Virus record (IMG/VR): IMGVR_UViG_3300046471_000229
Source: an uncultured virus (IMG/VR IMGVR_UViG_3300046471_000229)
Lineage: Duplodnaviria; Heunggongvirae; Uroviricota; Caudoviricetes
DNA: 59,819 bases
Direction: 5' to 3' (one strand)
The notes beneath the pieces are model-generated. The model searched no databases. It saw only the letters and a program-made list of their open reading frames with translations, and was not told where the DNA came from. Position numbers and translations under genes: made by a program. Of this stretch, positions 20,413 through 29,266 are shown piece after piece (position 1 is the stretch's first letter; each line of letters begins with the position of its first letter).

Positions 20413-20439
20413 AAAAAGCCGGCTCGATGCCGGCTTTTT
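20413..20439. terminator. Intrinsic terminator
   Basis: AAAAAGCCGGC-TCGAT-GCCGGCTTTTT. Confidence 0.8.
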
Positions 20440-20451
20440 AGGCTATTGGGT

Positions 20452-20988
20452 TTAGTAATTTGCCCCCGGCCTTACGTAGTCGGAAAACGACGCCCCATCA
20501 CCGTAAATTTTCACGAACTGCTCGTCCGACAATGCGGCGAGTTCATCACGTGATTTTGTGTACATTTTCACTCTGGCCTCGAGTTGCCCCATCCTCACCG
20601 GTTTGATATTGCTGTCCGGTTGGGTGTTCCACTCGTCCAGCTTGGCCTGCTCGGCATCCAGTTGTTCCTGCTCGATGCGAAGCATCCGCACACGATGCTC
20701 TTTCAGGTAGAAGGTGTGGGCTTCAACGATCAAAGGCTTCATGCCTTCGATGGTTTTCCCATGGAGTACCTTGAGGTACTGACCATCTGGGTAGCGATGC
20801 TTCAACATTTTCAGGTCGAGATCCCACTGGAGAATCTGCGATGGATCATGAATATCCCCCACCACCTGGCGGAAGGTATGTTGGAGCGACTGATCGGAAG
20901 CACCATCGATCTTGGTGATCTTGGATTCGCCACACGCGGCCAACAGCAGCATAGCGGCCAGTACCACGGATTTTTTGAAGATACCCAT
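20452..20988 (-). CDS. Lipoprotein
   Basis: Signal peptide with LAAC lipobox. Confidence 0.8.
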   Translation of the reverse strand: MGIFKKSVVLAAMLLLAACGESKITKIDGASDQSLQHTFRQVVGDIHDPSQILQWDLDLKMLKHRYPDGQYLKVLHGKTIEGMKPLIVEAHTFYLKEHRVRMLRIEQEQLDAEQAKLDEWNTQPDSNIKPVRMGQLEARVKMYTKSRDELAALSDEQFVKIYGDGASFSDYVRPGANY

Positions 20989-21074
20989 TTTAATCCCTTA
21001 TCTTGCTTGAGTGAGTACTCGAACCATATCATAAATTGACATGCTGTCAATACACCACCATGGTTAACCCAGCA

Positions 21075-21764
21075 TCAATGTACTGCTGCCCCGCCCGGCA
21101 CTAAATTTAACTTTTGATCCGGCTGATTTATGATTTTGCGCAGTTTGCGAAAAATCATCACGGCACGTTCCAGCGCCTCGGTGCTTTCCTGCGAATCAAC
21201 TGACACGTTATCCCCCTCAGGCCCCTCCCATAGCCGCGATAGCGCAAGCAGCAACCGCGCATCGTCCTGTGGGCTGTCTGTATGGCTGACCTTGGCTTGT
21301 AGTGTCTCTTTGAACTGAAACAAATCACCGGCTGTGAACGGCGGTGCTTTGCCATCGCCCCTGAACATTTGGTAGGCATCTAGACAAGCCTGGTATTGAC
21401 GGCGCCAGGTCTCAGGATCAATGCGAGCGAGCATCGATGAGGAGATGTCGAATTCGCCCTGCTCCTGCGCGAGCAGGCTATTACTCCCGATCAGTTTGTC
21501 GACAAATACAGATTCCTTTGGGGTGACGGTGCCGTCAGCTAGCACCAGGATCGCAGTGGTGACGCCCATCAACTGCGAAACATTGGCCGCCTCGGCAAAC
21601 GGTGAAGCCTGCAATAGGCTCACCCTTTTTTCAGGTGCAGGCTTGAAGTGGCCCCTCACCCATGGGTATTCAAGAAGCGCCAGCAGCGAAATGCCTAACA
21701 CCAGAAACCCCGCACCCGTCCAGCAGAGCCATCTCGGCATTTTGAAGGGCTTTGAAGTACTCAT
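21075..21764 (-). CDS. Membrane-anchored protein with TerB-like motif
   Basis: N-terminal TM segment; LMGVTTAILVLADGTVTPKESVFVDKL. Confidence 0.7.
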   Translation of the reverse strand: MSTSKPFKMPRWLCWTGAGFLVLGISLLALLEYPWVRGHFKPAPEKRVSLLQASPFAEAANVSQLMGVTTAILVLADGTVTPKESVFVDKLIGSNSLLAQEQGEFDISSSMLARIDPETWRRQYQACLDAYQMFRGDGKAPPFTAGDLFQFKETLQAKVSHTDSPQDDARLLLALSRLWEGPEGDNVSVDSQESTEALERAVMIFRKLRKIINQPDQKLNLVPGGAAVH

Positions 21765-21837
21765 GAGGCGCGCATCCAGAGTGCGTAATGAATCCGCCCT
21801 ACGGGGCGGCGTTTGATGGGTCGTATTATGGGTCGCG

Positions 21838-22164
21838 TTGGCGCTATGTCAATTGGTGGTGTATGTTTGCGACCTATCTATGATTGGAGCCGGCCAAGGC
21901 CGGAGTCTCGAGCCTCTCCTCAGGATCCCTATGGAACTACAAGCCCCCGATGGTTCATCCCAGCAGGTTGCCACTGTGGCACAACCTTCCTACGCCCCAT
22001 TGTTCGAGCAAGGACTGGGTGAAATTGACTTTCGAGACTTGATCGCCAAGAACGAAACCATTTTCATCAACATGCCTTATGGCGGCATCTCTCCAGGCTT
22101 GGCACTGTTGTTCGCCAAACTGCTCAGAGCTGACGTCGACCGGGCGCGACCCGAGCAGGTCTAA
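21838..22164 (+). CDS. Hypothetical protein
   Basis: ORF containing EIDFRDLIAKNETIFINMP; start uncertain. Confidence 0.5.
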   Translation: MALCQLVVYVCDLSMIGAGQGRSLEPLLRIPMELQAPDGSSQQVATVAQPSYAPLFEQGLGEIDFRDLIAKNETIFINMPYGGISPGLALLFAKLLRADVDRARPEQV

Positions 22165-22215
22165 CCCTGCATGCTTGCGGCGGCACTACGGTGCATTTTT
22201 CGTCACTTTTAAGTT

Positions 22216-22629
22216 TTGGAGTTTACTGTGATTGATCTCAAGCGCGATCAGCCTGTCTGGCTGTTCCACCAGGGCTACTGGCGCCTGGTGTTCTTCAAAT
22301 GGGTCAGTGTGCAAACCTGCTTTTTTTCCTGCACACGAAAGTATCCAGCGACGCTCTCCGTCCACCGTAACGATTGCTTCACGACCGCCAGGGCCGCATT
22401 GAACGCCGCGCTGGCGAGACTCGACCCGCGCAGTCAAATACGATTTGTGGCAGACCAGATTCGCGCATCAATTCGCATGGCCTCCGCCTTCCCCCAACAC
22501 CTGCTGATCAGCCGGCTTCGCTCGATGGGTGCCCAGGAGCACCTGGTCAAAGCCATACTCGACCAACAGATCACCGGCGAGGATGTTCTGGACGCATTGA
22601 ACGGACAAATCTCCAGGATGGCTCTATGA
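22216..22629 (+). CDS. Hypothetical protein
   Basis: 137-aa ORF whose stop overlaps the next ATG (ATGA). Confidence 0.55.
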   Translation: MEFTVIDLKRDQPVWLFHQGYWRLVFFKWVSVQTCFFSCTRKYPATLSVHRNDCFTTARAALNAALARLDPRSQIRFVADQIRASIRMASAFPQHLLISRLRSMGAQEHLVKAILDQQITGEDVLDALNGQISRMAL

Positions 22630-22826
22630 GCGTGCTACGACCGAATAAACCAGATTCGAGCCCATGTGTAAGCCTCTGCTCGCACAACGTCGGTGGCGAC
22701 GTCTGCACAGGCTGTGGCCGCACCGTCGAAGAGGTGCGTGAGTGGAACTTCTACACCAGCGAGGAAAGGATCGAGGTCAAACGGGTGTGCCAGATCCGCT
22801 TGGAACAGATCCGTAAACCCAGCTAG
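22626..22826 (+). CDS. DUF1289 family Cys-rich protein
   Basis: SPCVSLCS...DVCTGCGRTVEEVREW; ATG at 22626. Confidence 0.85.
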   Translation: MSVLRPNKPDSSPCVSLCSHNVGGDVCTGCGRTVEEVREWNFYTSEERIEVKRVCQIRLEQIRKPS

Positions 22827-23125
22827 TCTACCGCTATACCATCCGGCGCCTGCGGATTAGTGCTCGGCGCCAGGTGTTCAGCCACGCGCTCCAGAAATGT
22901 CTCCGGGCCGTAATCACCCGAGTACAGCCACTCCACCGCTTTCATCAGCGCGGCGATCTGCACGGTTTGAGCCTGCACGTCGTTCAATACCACCAGCACT
23001 TCAGGCGGATAGCCGGCGACGTCCCCGTATTCGTCGGGGATATCGTTGTTCCGGATCTTTTCCGCCAGAGCCTCGTTAAAGTCCTGAACACGACTGTAGG
23101 CATAGTTGAAGCTGCCGCCGCTCAT
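22823..23125 (-). CDS. Phage-type hypothetical protein
   Basis: MSGGSFNYAY...KAVEWLYSGDYG. Confidence 0.75.
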   Translation of the reverse strand: MSGGSFNYAYSRVQDFNEALAEKIRNNDIPDEYGDVAGYPPEVLVVLNDVQAQTVQIAALMKAVEWLYSGDYGPETFLERVAEHLAPSTNPQAPDGIAVD

Positions 23126-23409
23126 AGCTCTGGCTTGAGGTAAAGATTGGTGCCGGGATGGAGCGCCTGGTAGTCGTGCACGTGGAAGGCGAACTTTTTT
23201 TGCTGGATAACGACAGTCACTGCGGGCGCTTGTGGTTCGCTAATGTCGGCCTCCAAAACAAGGCCAAGCGCTTTCATGTCCGCTTCAATTTCGTCACGCC
23301 CACAATCGTGGCGACCTTCACATTCGCAGAGGTTGTGATCCAGGAAAGCCGCCAGGTGTTTCTTCACACGCTCAGCCAGCTCTCGCGACATTTTTACATT
23401 GCTGCTCAT
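23122..23409 (-). CDS. Hypothetical protein
   Basis: Translationally coupled on both sides. Confidence 0.65.
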   Translation of the reverse strand: MSSNVKMSRELAERVKKHLAAFLDHNLCECEGRHDCGRDEIEADMKALGLVLEADISEPQAPAVTVVIQQKKFAFHVHDYQALHPGTNLYLKPEL

Positions 23410-24122
23410 GAGGGAATTACCGACATAGGAGACATTTTCGGGCAGGGAAGATTGCCGGAGCCTTCATGGTACTCGCCACACGCCAGGCACTTGAATCGCG
23501 CCGGTTGTATGCGCTGATTCTCAAAGCTCAGGGCCCGCTTTACGACTTCGCTTATGCCTGGTTCAATCGGTTTGACCAGATCGGTCTTGCGATAACAGTC
23601 GGTGGGGAAGCCGCATTCACTGCAGGCACACACCTCGCCACATGCTTCTTCGCGAGGCTCGACGCGCAGCAAGCCGTGCTTGACCGCGATGTCCTGAATC
23701 TCCCAACCATCAAAACTGCCACCTTGGCCTGCGGCTTCAACCATTTCGCTGGCGAAGCCCTTTAGGGGTGCAAGTTCCTGCTCGGCAGCAGTTAGCTTTG
23801 TTTTTAGGTCGCCGGCGTGCGCGCTCCAATAACCCCCAGAATCGTTCCAGCCATTGCAATAGGCGATAGAAGCGTTGAAGCCGTTCTTGTAGTGCAGGTA
23901 CTGCGGTACCGCCCTGCCCCAGGCGTCTAACGCATTGGGAATGAAGGCGTCTCTTGAAGGGTCGAGATAAGTGGATCGATCTCGTATCTTCTCCAGCTTG
24001 GCCGTGGCTATCGTGTGCATGTCGCGCAGCCCCGCAAGCTCACGTTGCATGGCGTCAAATAGCGCTGCATCCACGAACTCTCCAGCTTCGCCGTTGAAAC
24101 GGTACCGCTTCACTTCACTCAT
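23406..24122 (-). CDS. Phage-type mosaic hypothetical protein
   Basis: MSEVKRY start, coiled coils, Cys clusters (CGEVCACSECG, CLACGEYH). Confidence 0.75.
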   Translation of the reverse strand: MSEVKRYRFNGEAGEFVDAALFDAMQRELAGLRDMHTIATAKLEKIRDRSTYLDPSRDAFIPNALDAWGRAVPQYLHYKNGFNASIAYCNGWNDSGGYWSAHAGDLKTKLTAAEQELAPLKGFASEMVEAAGQGGSFDGWEIQDIAVKHGLLRVEPREEACGEVCACSECGFPTDCYRKTDLVKPIEPGISEVVKRALSFENQRIQPARFKCLACGEYHEGSGNLPCPKMSPMSVIPS

Positions 24123-24329
24123 CCTGAAACCTCACTAAAAGCTCAAAAAGACCGTCAGCCAGCTGGTGTAAGGCTCACCCTAGTGCGTCTTACGCACCAT
24201 AAAGCTCACCATAATGCGCACTATCCAAATGGAGTACATAAATACTCCGTCGTGCTAAACTCATTGTTGCAGCCCTAGGAACCTCCACTCCCGTGCTCCA
24301 GAAACGGTGAAGAGACTAGGTATTTCGAT

Positions 24330-24353
24330 TGCCCCGCTTTGCGGGGCTTTCTT
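24330..24353. terminator. Terminator-like hairpin
   Basis: GCCCCGC-TTT-GCGGGGC followed by TTTCTT. Confidence 0.6.
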
Positions 24354-24912
24354 ATTTCTGGCCCTGGCCGATCTGGAGTCCGGTGTCCGAAGGTGCGCAG
24401 CTCATCGGCCCGCTTGCGGCTTTGATGAGAGTGACCGCCAGCTTGGGATTGAGCGTTGAGTTGGGCGCCGCCACCAATCCGCCTACCAGGTAGGCCACGT
24501 CCTCCATTTCCAATTCAACACCAGGCATACGGGTAAATTCGCCAAGCAGCTGCGTGAAGGACTGGTAACCCTGAGTCACCTTAGCCGGATCAATACCGAC
24601 CAATTCACCCTCTTCGACAGATCCTGGTTTAACACAAGGCGTCAGCGTAGCTTTGGGATCTTGGCTCAGTTTGTCCACAAATGCTTGTTCGCCGGCGTCC
24701 AGCTTGCCATCGGCGAGCAGCATCAACGCGGTAAGCGCGCCTAGGGTTCGTGACTTGTCCGCCTCCAGCCCCTCGTGCTCGATCTGAGTCTGGATGGTTG
24801 TGTATTTCGAGGGGGTGTAATCGAAATGCTTCGAGTCGTAGAGGGCCTTGGCGCTGAGGGCGATGGCCACAGCTAGGGCCAGAAAGGCCACGGGCTTTGC
24901 ACGAAACTTCAT
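24352..24912 (-). CDS. Exported or membrane protein with TerB-like motif
   Basis: Signal/TM segment; LGALTALMLLADGKLDAGEQAFVDKL. Confidence 0.7.
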   Translation of the reverse strand: MKFRAKPVAFLALAVAIALSAKALYDSKHFDYTPSKYTTIQTQIEHEGLEADKSRTLGALTALMLLADGKLDAGEQAFVDKLSQDPKATLTPCVKPGSVEEGELVGIDPAKVTQGYQSFTQLLGEFTRMPGVELEMEDVAYLVGGLVAAPNSTLNPKLAVTLIKAASGPMSCAPSDTGLQIGQGQK

Positions 24913-25078
24913 GAACTATCCTGTGTGAGTTTAAGCAATAGCCAGCCTGATGCGATCCTACGGCCTTGCCAAAATGGTCAACCCATGGTGCATAAGCCGT
25001 AGATCGCGGTGCAGTATCACGAAAACACCGAGAAAGTGTCAATTTACTGATATTGAATTTCCCATGCCTTTGCTCTTA

Positions 25079-25567
25079 TCAATCGCCAAGCATAGCCAAT
25101 AATTTCCGGAGCATAGATGCCCGATCAGCCGGATCAGTGCAGCAGACGGTTCCTCTAATACCATAACTGCCTTCCGTCGAGGTCAGCGCCCAGCCCAGCT
25201 CGACTGAGTCTCCGGTCACGAAAAACTCAAGCCTTTCGGCATTGCGGTACACCGCGATTGAAGCGCACTCCCCGTCCTCACCCTTGCTGAACTGGAAAGA
25301 GCATGGCAATCCATCCGCAACGGGCGTGATGCTGATGAATTGGGCAAATACATCGCAACTCACTTGGAAATCCGAGGGCAATTTCAGCGACAGATCACGA
25401 GCCAGGGCCTTGCTGATACGGCCTTGAATCTCCCCGGCTTCATCGGCAGAGAGTTTCCGTCCAGGCACAGCTACCAACTCTTTGCTGATCGGATCGACAA
25501 ACTCGAACCAAGCTTCCCAGTCAAATCTTTCCATTGTTCCCGATCCCTGCGCATGATTTCTGTTCAC
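25079..25567 (-). CDS. Hypothetical protein
   Basis: 162-aa ORF; start may be the ATG at 25534. Confidence 0.6.
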   Translation of the reverse strand: MNRNHAQGSGTMERFDWEAWFEFVDPISKELVAVPGRKLSADEAGEIQGRISKALARDLSLKLPSDFQVSCDVFAQFISITPVADGLPCSFQFSKGEDGECASIAVYRNAERLEFFVTGDSVELGWALTSTEGSYGIRGTVCCTDPADRASMLRKLLAMLGD

Positions 25568-25686
25568 GGGGCGCCTTCAGCGCCCCTGAATTTTTTCGGC
25601 CTGCAGCCTTTCGGCTCGGTGAGCTTACCGTCAACTTATGCTGAATGCTTCTGTGGCATTTAACATCGTGAGTACGTGGTGCTGCG

Positions 25687-26100
25687 TTACTGAGCAAGCT
25701 TCTTGAGGGCGTCAGTGCTGCCTGCAAAATCAACGTCAGGGAGGATTGTTTGCGGCTTGAAGATCACTCGGTAGTGGTAAACGCTCACGTCAGCAGAGGC
25801 CAACTGTTCCGAGAAGTAGGTAACGTTGTCCGACAGGCCCAGTGAGTGTTTTTTGTATTCGTTAGGGCCGGTCTTGCAGGTCACGTCGATCTTGTTGCTT
25901 CCGGAAACATCGAACGAACACCGCCCCTCAAGCGAAAGCATGTAGTCACCGGTGATGCCGTTGTAGAAAACGATGCGGCGGTTGATTTCGAACATATCAG
26001 CTGCTTTCGACAGGTTGCGAGACGCCACCTGCGCATCGCCACCTTCACAGCCAGCGAGCGTCGCCAGGATGCAGGCAGCGATAACTGTCTTCATTTTCAT
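25687..26100 (-). CDS. Phage-type lipoprotein
   Basis: LAGC lipobox; VASRNLSKAAD.FEINRRIVFYNGITG...CKTGP.EYKKH.LGLSDNVTYF. Confidence 0.8.
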   Translation of the reverse strand: MKMKTVIAACILATLAGCEGGDAQVASRNLSKAADMFEINRRIVFYNGITGDYMLSLEGRCSFDVSGSNKIDVTCKTGPNEYKKHSLGLSDNVTYFSEQLASADVSVYHYRVIFKPQTILPDVDFAGSTDALKKLAQ

Positions 26101-26268
26101 CGTGTTGCTCCAGATTATTTTCGTAGTGCCCAGTGCACCAGCACTCGACTGTCAATTGACGGGCAATGTTTTATCACATCTTGCGAGCCAATGTTGGATA
26201 AATGATGGCCAATGTGACATACTCAGCGAATTGGCAACTGTCTTGCCTTCATACACTCAGGTGAAAAA

Positions 26269-27474
26269 ATGGACTACTCACTTTTGGCAGGACTGGTACC
26301 GGAGCCTGGTTCTCGCGTTGATTTTGCACGCTGCCTGGAAATCATTCCCGACCTGGCCCTGCTGGCCACCACACCACAAGATCCGGTGTTCCATGCCGAG
26401 GGCGATGTGTGGACGCATACAAAAATGGTGGTGGAAGCTTTGGTGAACAGCCAAGCCTATGCCGGCGCAAGCCGGGCTGACCGCTTTGTGCTCTTCCATT
26501 CCGCGTTGCTGCACGACATCGCCAAGCCGGCGACCACGGTCATCGATGAGGTCACCGGCAAGATTGGTCAGCCAGGTCATTCCCGTCGCGGCGCCATCGA
26601 CGCCCGGATTCTGCTGTGGCGGGCCGGTGTGCCGTTTCAGATGCGTGAAACCATCTGCCGGATCATCACCGTGCACCAGCTACCGTTCTTTGCCCTGGCA
26701 GGCGACAAGCGTGGAACCACCCCGGAGTTCACCATCACCAAACTGTCGTGGGAGCTGCCGATCTGGATGCTCTGCGCGGTGGCCACCGCTGACATGGAGG
26801 GTCGCACCTATCACGGCAAGCAGGCCGTGCTGGACGACATCGAAGTGTTCCGTTTGCTTGCTGAGGACATGGGGGCGTTGAATGCTCCTGTGCCTTTCGC
26901 CGACGACTACACGCGCCAGCGCTACTTCAGCGGGGCGAATGTGCAACCGCAGTTCGCGCTGTTCCGGGAGAAAGTGGGTTCGCAGGTCATTGTCATGTCC
27001 GGCATGCCAGCCAGCGGCAAGAACACCTGGGTCGACAAGAACGCCCCTGGCTTACCGGTCATTTCCTTCGACGATGCTCGCGATGAACTGGGCCTGGCCC
27101 ACGGCAAGAACGAGGGGCTGGTTGCTCACCATGCATTCGACATGGCCAAGGATCTCTTGCGGGCCGGCAAGCCATTTGTGTGGAATGCCACGCACCTGAG
27201 CAATCAGATGCGCACCAAGACTCTGGATCTGCTGCACGGCTACCATGCGGATGTGCGCTTGGTGTACCTAGAACACCCAGAGGACGTGATCTACTCGCGC
27301 AACTCGCGCCGTGATACCTCACTGCGCAACAAGGACATCACTAAAATGCTGTTTCGCTGGGAGGTTCCAGTGCCTTCGGAAGCGGCCAAGGTCGAATACA
27401 TCGTTGAAGAAATCAAGCCGAGAAAGCAGAAAACCAACGATCTGAGCGACTCTCAACCAATATCGAAACCCTGA
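26269..27474 (+). CDS. HD-domain + AAA_33/polynucleotide-kinase-like protein
   Basis: QDP.FHAEGDVWTHT, ALLHDIAK, then MSGMPASGKNTW P-loop and VWNATHL. Confidence 0.85.
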   Translation: MDYSLLAGLVPEPGSRVDFARCLEIIPDLALLATTPQDPVFHAEGDVWTHTKMVVEALVNSQAYAGASRADRFVLFHSALLHDIAKPATTVIDEVTGKIGQPGHSRRGAIDARILLWRAGVPFQMRETICRIITVHQLPFFALAGDKRGTTPEFTITKLSWELPIWMLCAVATADMEGRTYHGKQAVLDDIEVFRLLAEDMGALNAPVPFADDYTRQRYFSGANVQPQFALFREKVGSQVIVMSGMPASGKNTWVDKNAPGLPVISFDDARDELGLAHGKNEGLVAHHAFDMAKDLLRAGKPFVWNATHLSNQMRTKTLDLLHGYHADVRLVYLEHPEDVIYSRNSRRDTSLRNKDITKMLFRWEVPVPSEAAKVEYIVEEIKPRKQKTNDLSDSQPISKP

Positions 27475-27518
27475 TGGACGTCGATCAGGTCATTAAGACT
27501 GATCGACACATCCGCTGC

Positions 27519-28013
27519 TCAAGATTGCGTAAGCTTGTCAAACAACTTGGCCGCCGAAGAATTTTCATCGATCAGAAAAGCAGCTTCCGTATCAGAATTT
27601 GAGTCCCTGAACATGTACTGGGTATTCACATGAAAGACCGCATCAATGGTGACCATGGTGCGATTAACAAACATGGGGAACCAGTTGTCATTCTTGAGCG
27701 AATAAAGCATTCCAACAACAGTCCCTGTTTTCCCTTGAATCGCGACAAGGTCTTTACTGCTGTGAAACATGACCGCCCGGTCATATCTGTCTTCCTTGCA
27801 AAAGTCAGCCACCAACTGCATAAACCAGCCATGGTCGACCGCAGACATTGACAGTCCGGTGACAAACGCTCGTACTTTGTATCCGTCCGGCGATAGCAAG
27901 TCGAATCCAGCCGGCGACTCCGAGTCAGTACACTTATCCGAATGCTCCAGCACCTTCCACCCCATGGCTTCGCAAAACGCCATGAAGCCTTTTGGATCGA
28001 TGAATTTCTGCAT
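27519..28013 (-). CDS. Hypothetical protein
   Basis: 164-aa ORF. Confidence 0.65.
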   Translation of the reverse strand: MQKFIDPKGFMAFCEAMGWKVLEHSDKCTDSESPAGFDLLSPDGYKVRAFVTGLSMSAVDHGWFMQLVADFCKEDRYDRAVMFHSSKDLVAIQGKTGTVVGMLYSLKNDNWFPMFVNRTMVTIDAVFHVNTQYMFRDSNSDTEAAFLIDENSSAAKLFDKLTQS

Positions 28014-28093
28014 AGCTATGGCACCGGGTTGTTGATCGTATCGGCGAAGCCTAGATCACAAAGTCCAAACCTGCCGATGCCTTTGCCGCAACC

Positions 28094-28735
28094 TCAAAAG
28101 ATGAATTCGAAATTAGGACGCTCATTGGCATAGTAGCGGGGATTTTCGGCTGTCCCTGCAGTGTTCGAGAAGGACACAATCCGCCTGCCCGTTTGGGTGC
28201 GCCAGCTGAGCAGCTTGACCATGTCTTCGGAAAAATGCCCAAGGTCGAGGTAATACTCAGGCGCATCCGGAACAAGTTTTTCCTGCAACCACTCCATCAA
28301 GGCTGGCGCCGGAGTTTCAGATTCCGTCAAAAAACACGCCATTTCATGCGCGTTGAGACCCTTGTGGCCATCTGTTTTTGTGTGCAACAACACACCGGGC
28401 GCGATCTCAGCCCACCAGCCTACTCCCTCACCGTTCAGCACCTGAACGATGGCAACGGAACCGGACTGCATACGGTGCGGGAATTCGTACCATGGTGCGC
28501 GAAACATCAGCGAGCCGTTTCTCAGCAGGTCGTTCAGGGTCATGGCGTACCAGACCTCGACGTCGTCCTCTTTGCATGGCCGGCCATGCAACTTCATCTC
28601 GGCGCGAAAGCGCTCGATGTAGGAGCTCTCGTCTATGCCGGCAGACATTGATCTGGCCATGGCTTCGATGGCCTCTTGCGGCGGCTGCCCATCGAGGTAC
28701 GTGACGTTGCCAATGCTCACTGGATAATCGGTCAT
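28094..28735 (-). CDS. Hypothetical protein
   Basis: 213-aa ORF with AAGGAG RBS. Confidence 0.75.
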   Translation of the reverse strand: MTDYPVSIGNVTYLDGQPPQEAIEAMARSMSAGIDESSYIERFRAEMKLHGRPCKEDDVEVWYAMTLNDLLRNGSLMFRAPWYEFPHRMQSGSVAIVQVLNGEGVGWWAEIAPGVLLHTKTDGHKGLNAHEMACFLTESETPAPALMEWLQEKLVPDAPEYYLDLGHFSEDMVKLLSWRTQTGRRIVSFSNTAGTAENPRYYANERPNFEFIF

Positions 28736-28834
28736 GCATGCTCCTTTTTACGGGTTTTTTGATGAACTTTTTCAGGCATATTTGCTGTTACCCAGGTGCT
28801 GGCGGCATACTGACCAAAAGGAAGAGGACAAAAG

Positions 28835-29266
28835 ATGATCGACTCGAAGACGCTAAACCACCTTCTGCGCCACCCAAAACAGATGATGGATTTCCAGGCC
28901 ACGGGCAAGCTCCCTCAGCTGGCAGCACCGAGCAGTCCGTTGATCACCCTCCTCCAATCGATCAACCCACACGAACGTCGAATGATCACCTCCATTCGCA
29001 TCGGGCAAGGTCTCGGCTACACCAGCAACCAGCTTTTCCAAAACGCGGCTCAGGCGCTAGCCTGGCTTAAGCCCGCATACAGCGCTATCAGCTACCCGAG
29101 TGAGTCACATCAGAACAAGCGCTTTTCCAAGATCTTAACCATCGACGACTTGGCAGCCTGTGCCAAAGTCCCTGACATGATCAAGGAGTCCTGGTGGCGC
29201 CAGCACCCTGATCTACGCAGCTTAAAATCGCCCGTCCGCTCCGATGAGTCGACCCCTGGCTTTTAA
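28835..29266 (+). CDS. Hypothetical protein
   Basis: GAGGA RBS; ends RSDESTPGF. Confidence 0.7.
   Translation: MIDSKTLNHLLRHPKQMMDFQATGKLPQLAAPSSPLITLLQSINPHERRMITSIRIGQGLGYTSNQLFQNAAQALAWLKPAYSAISYPSESHQNKRFSKILTIDDLAACAKVPDMIKESWWRQHPDLRSLKSPVRSDESTPGF

Noticed and set aside
22374..22826. 150-aa ORF as called
   Set aside because: Only the last 66 aa (DUF1289, ATG 22626) look real; the rest overlaps the upstream gene.
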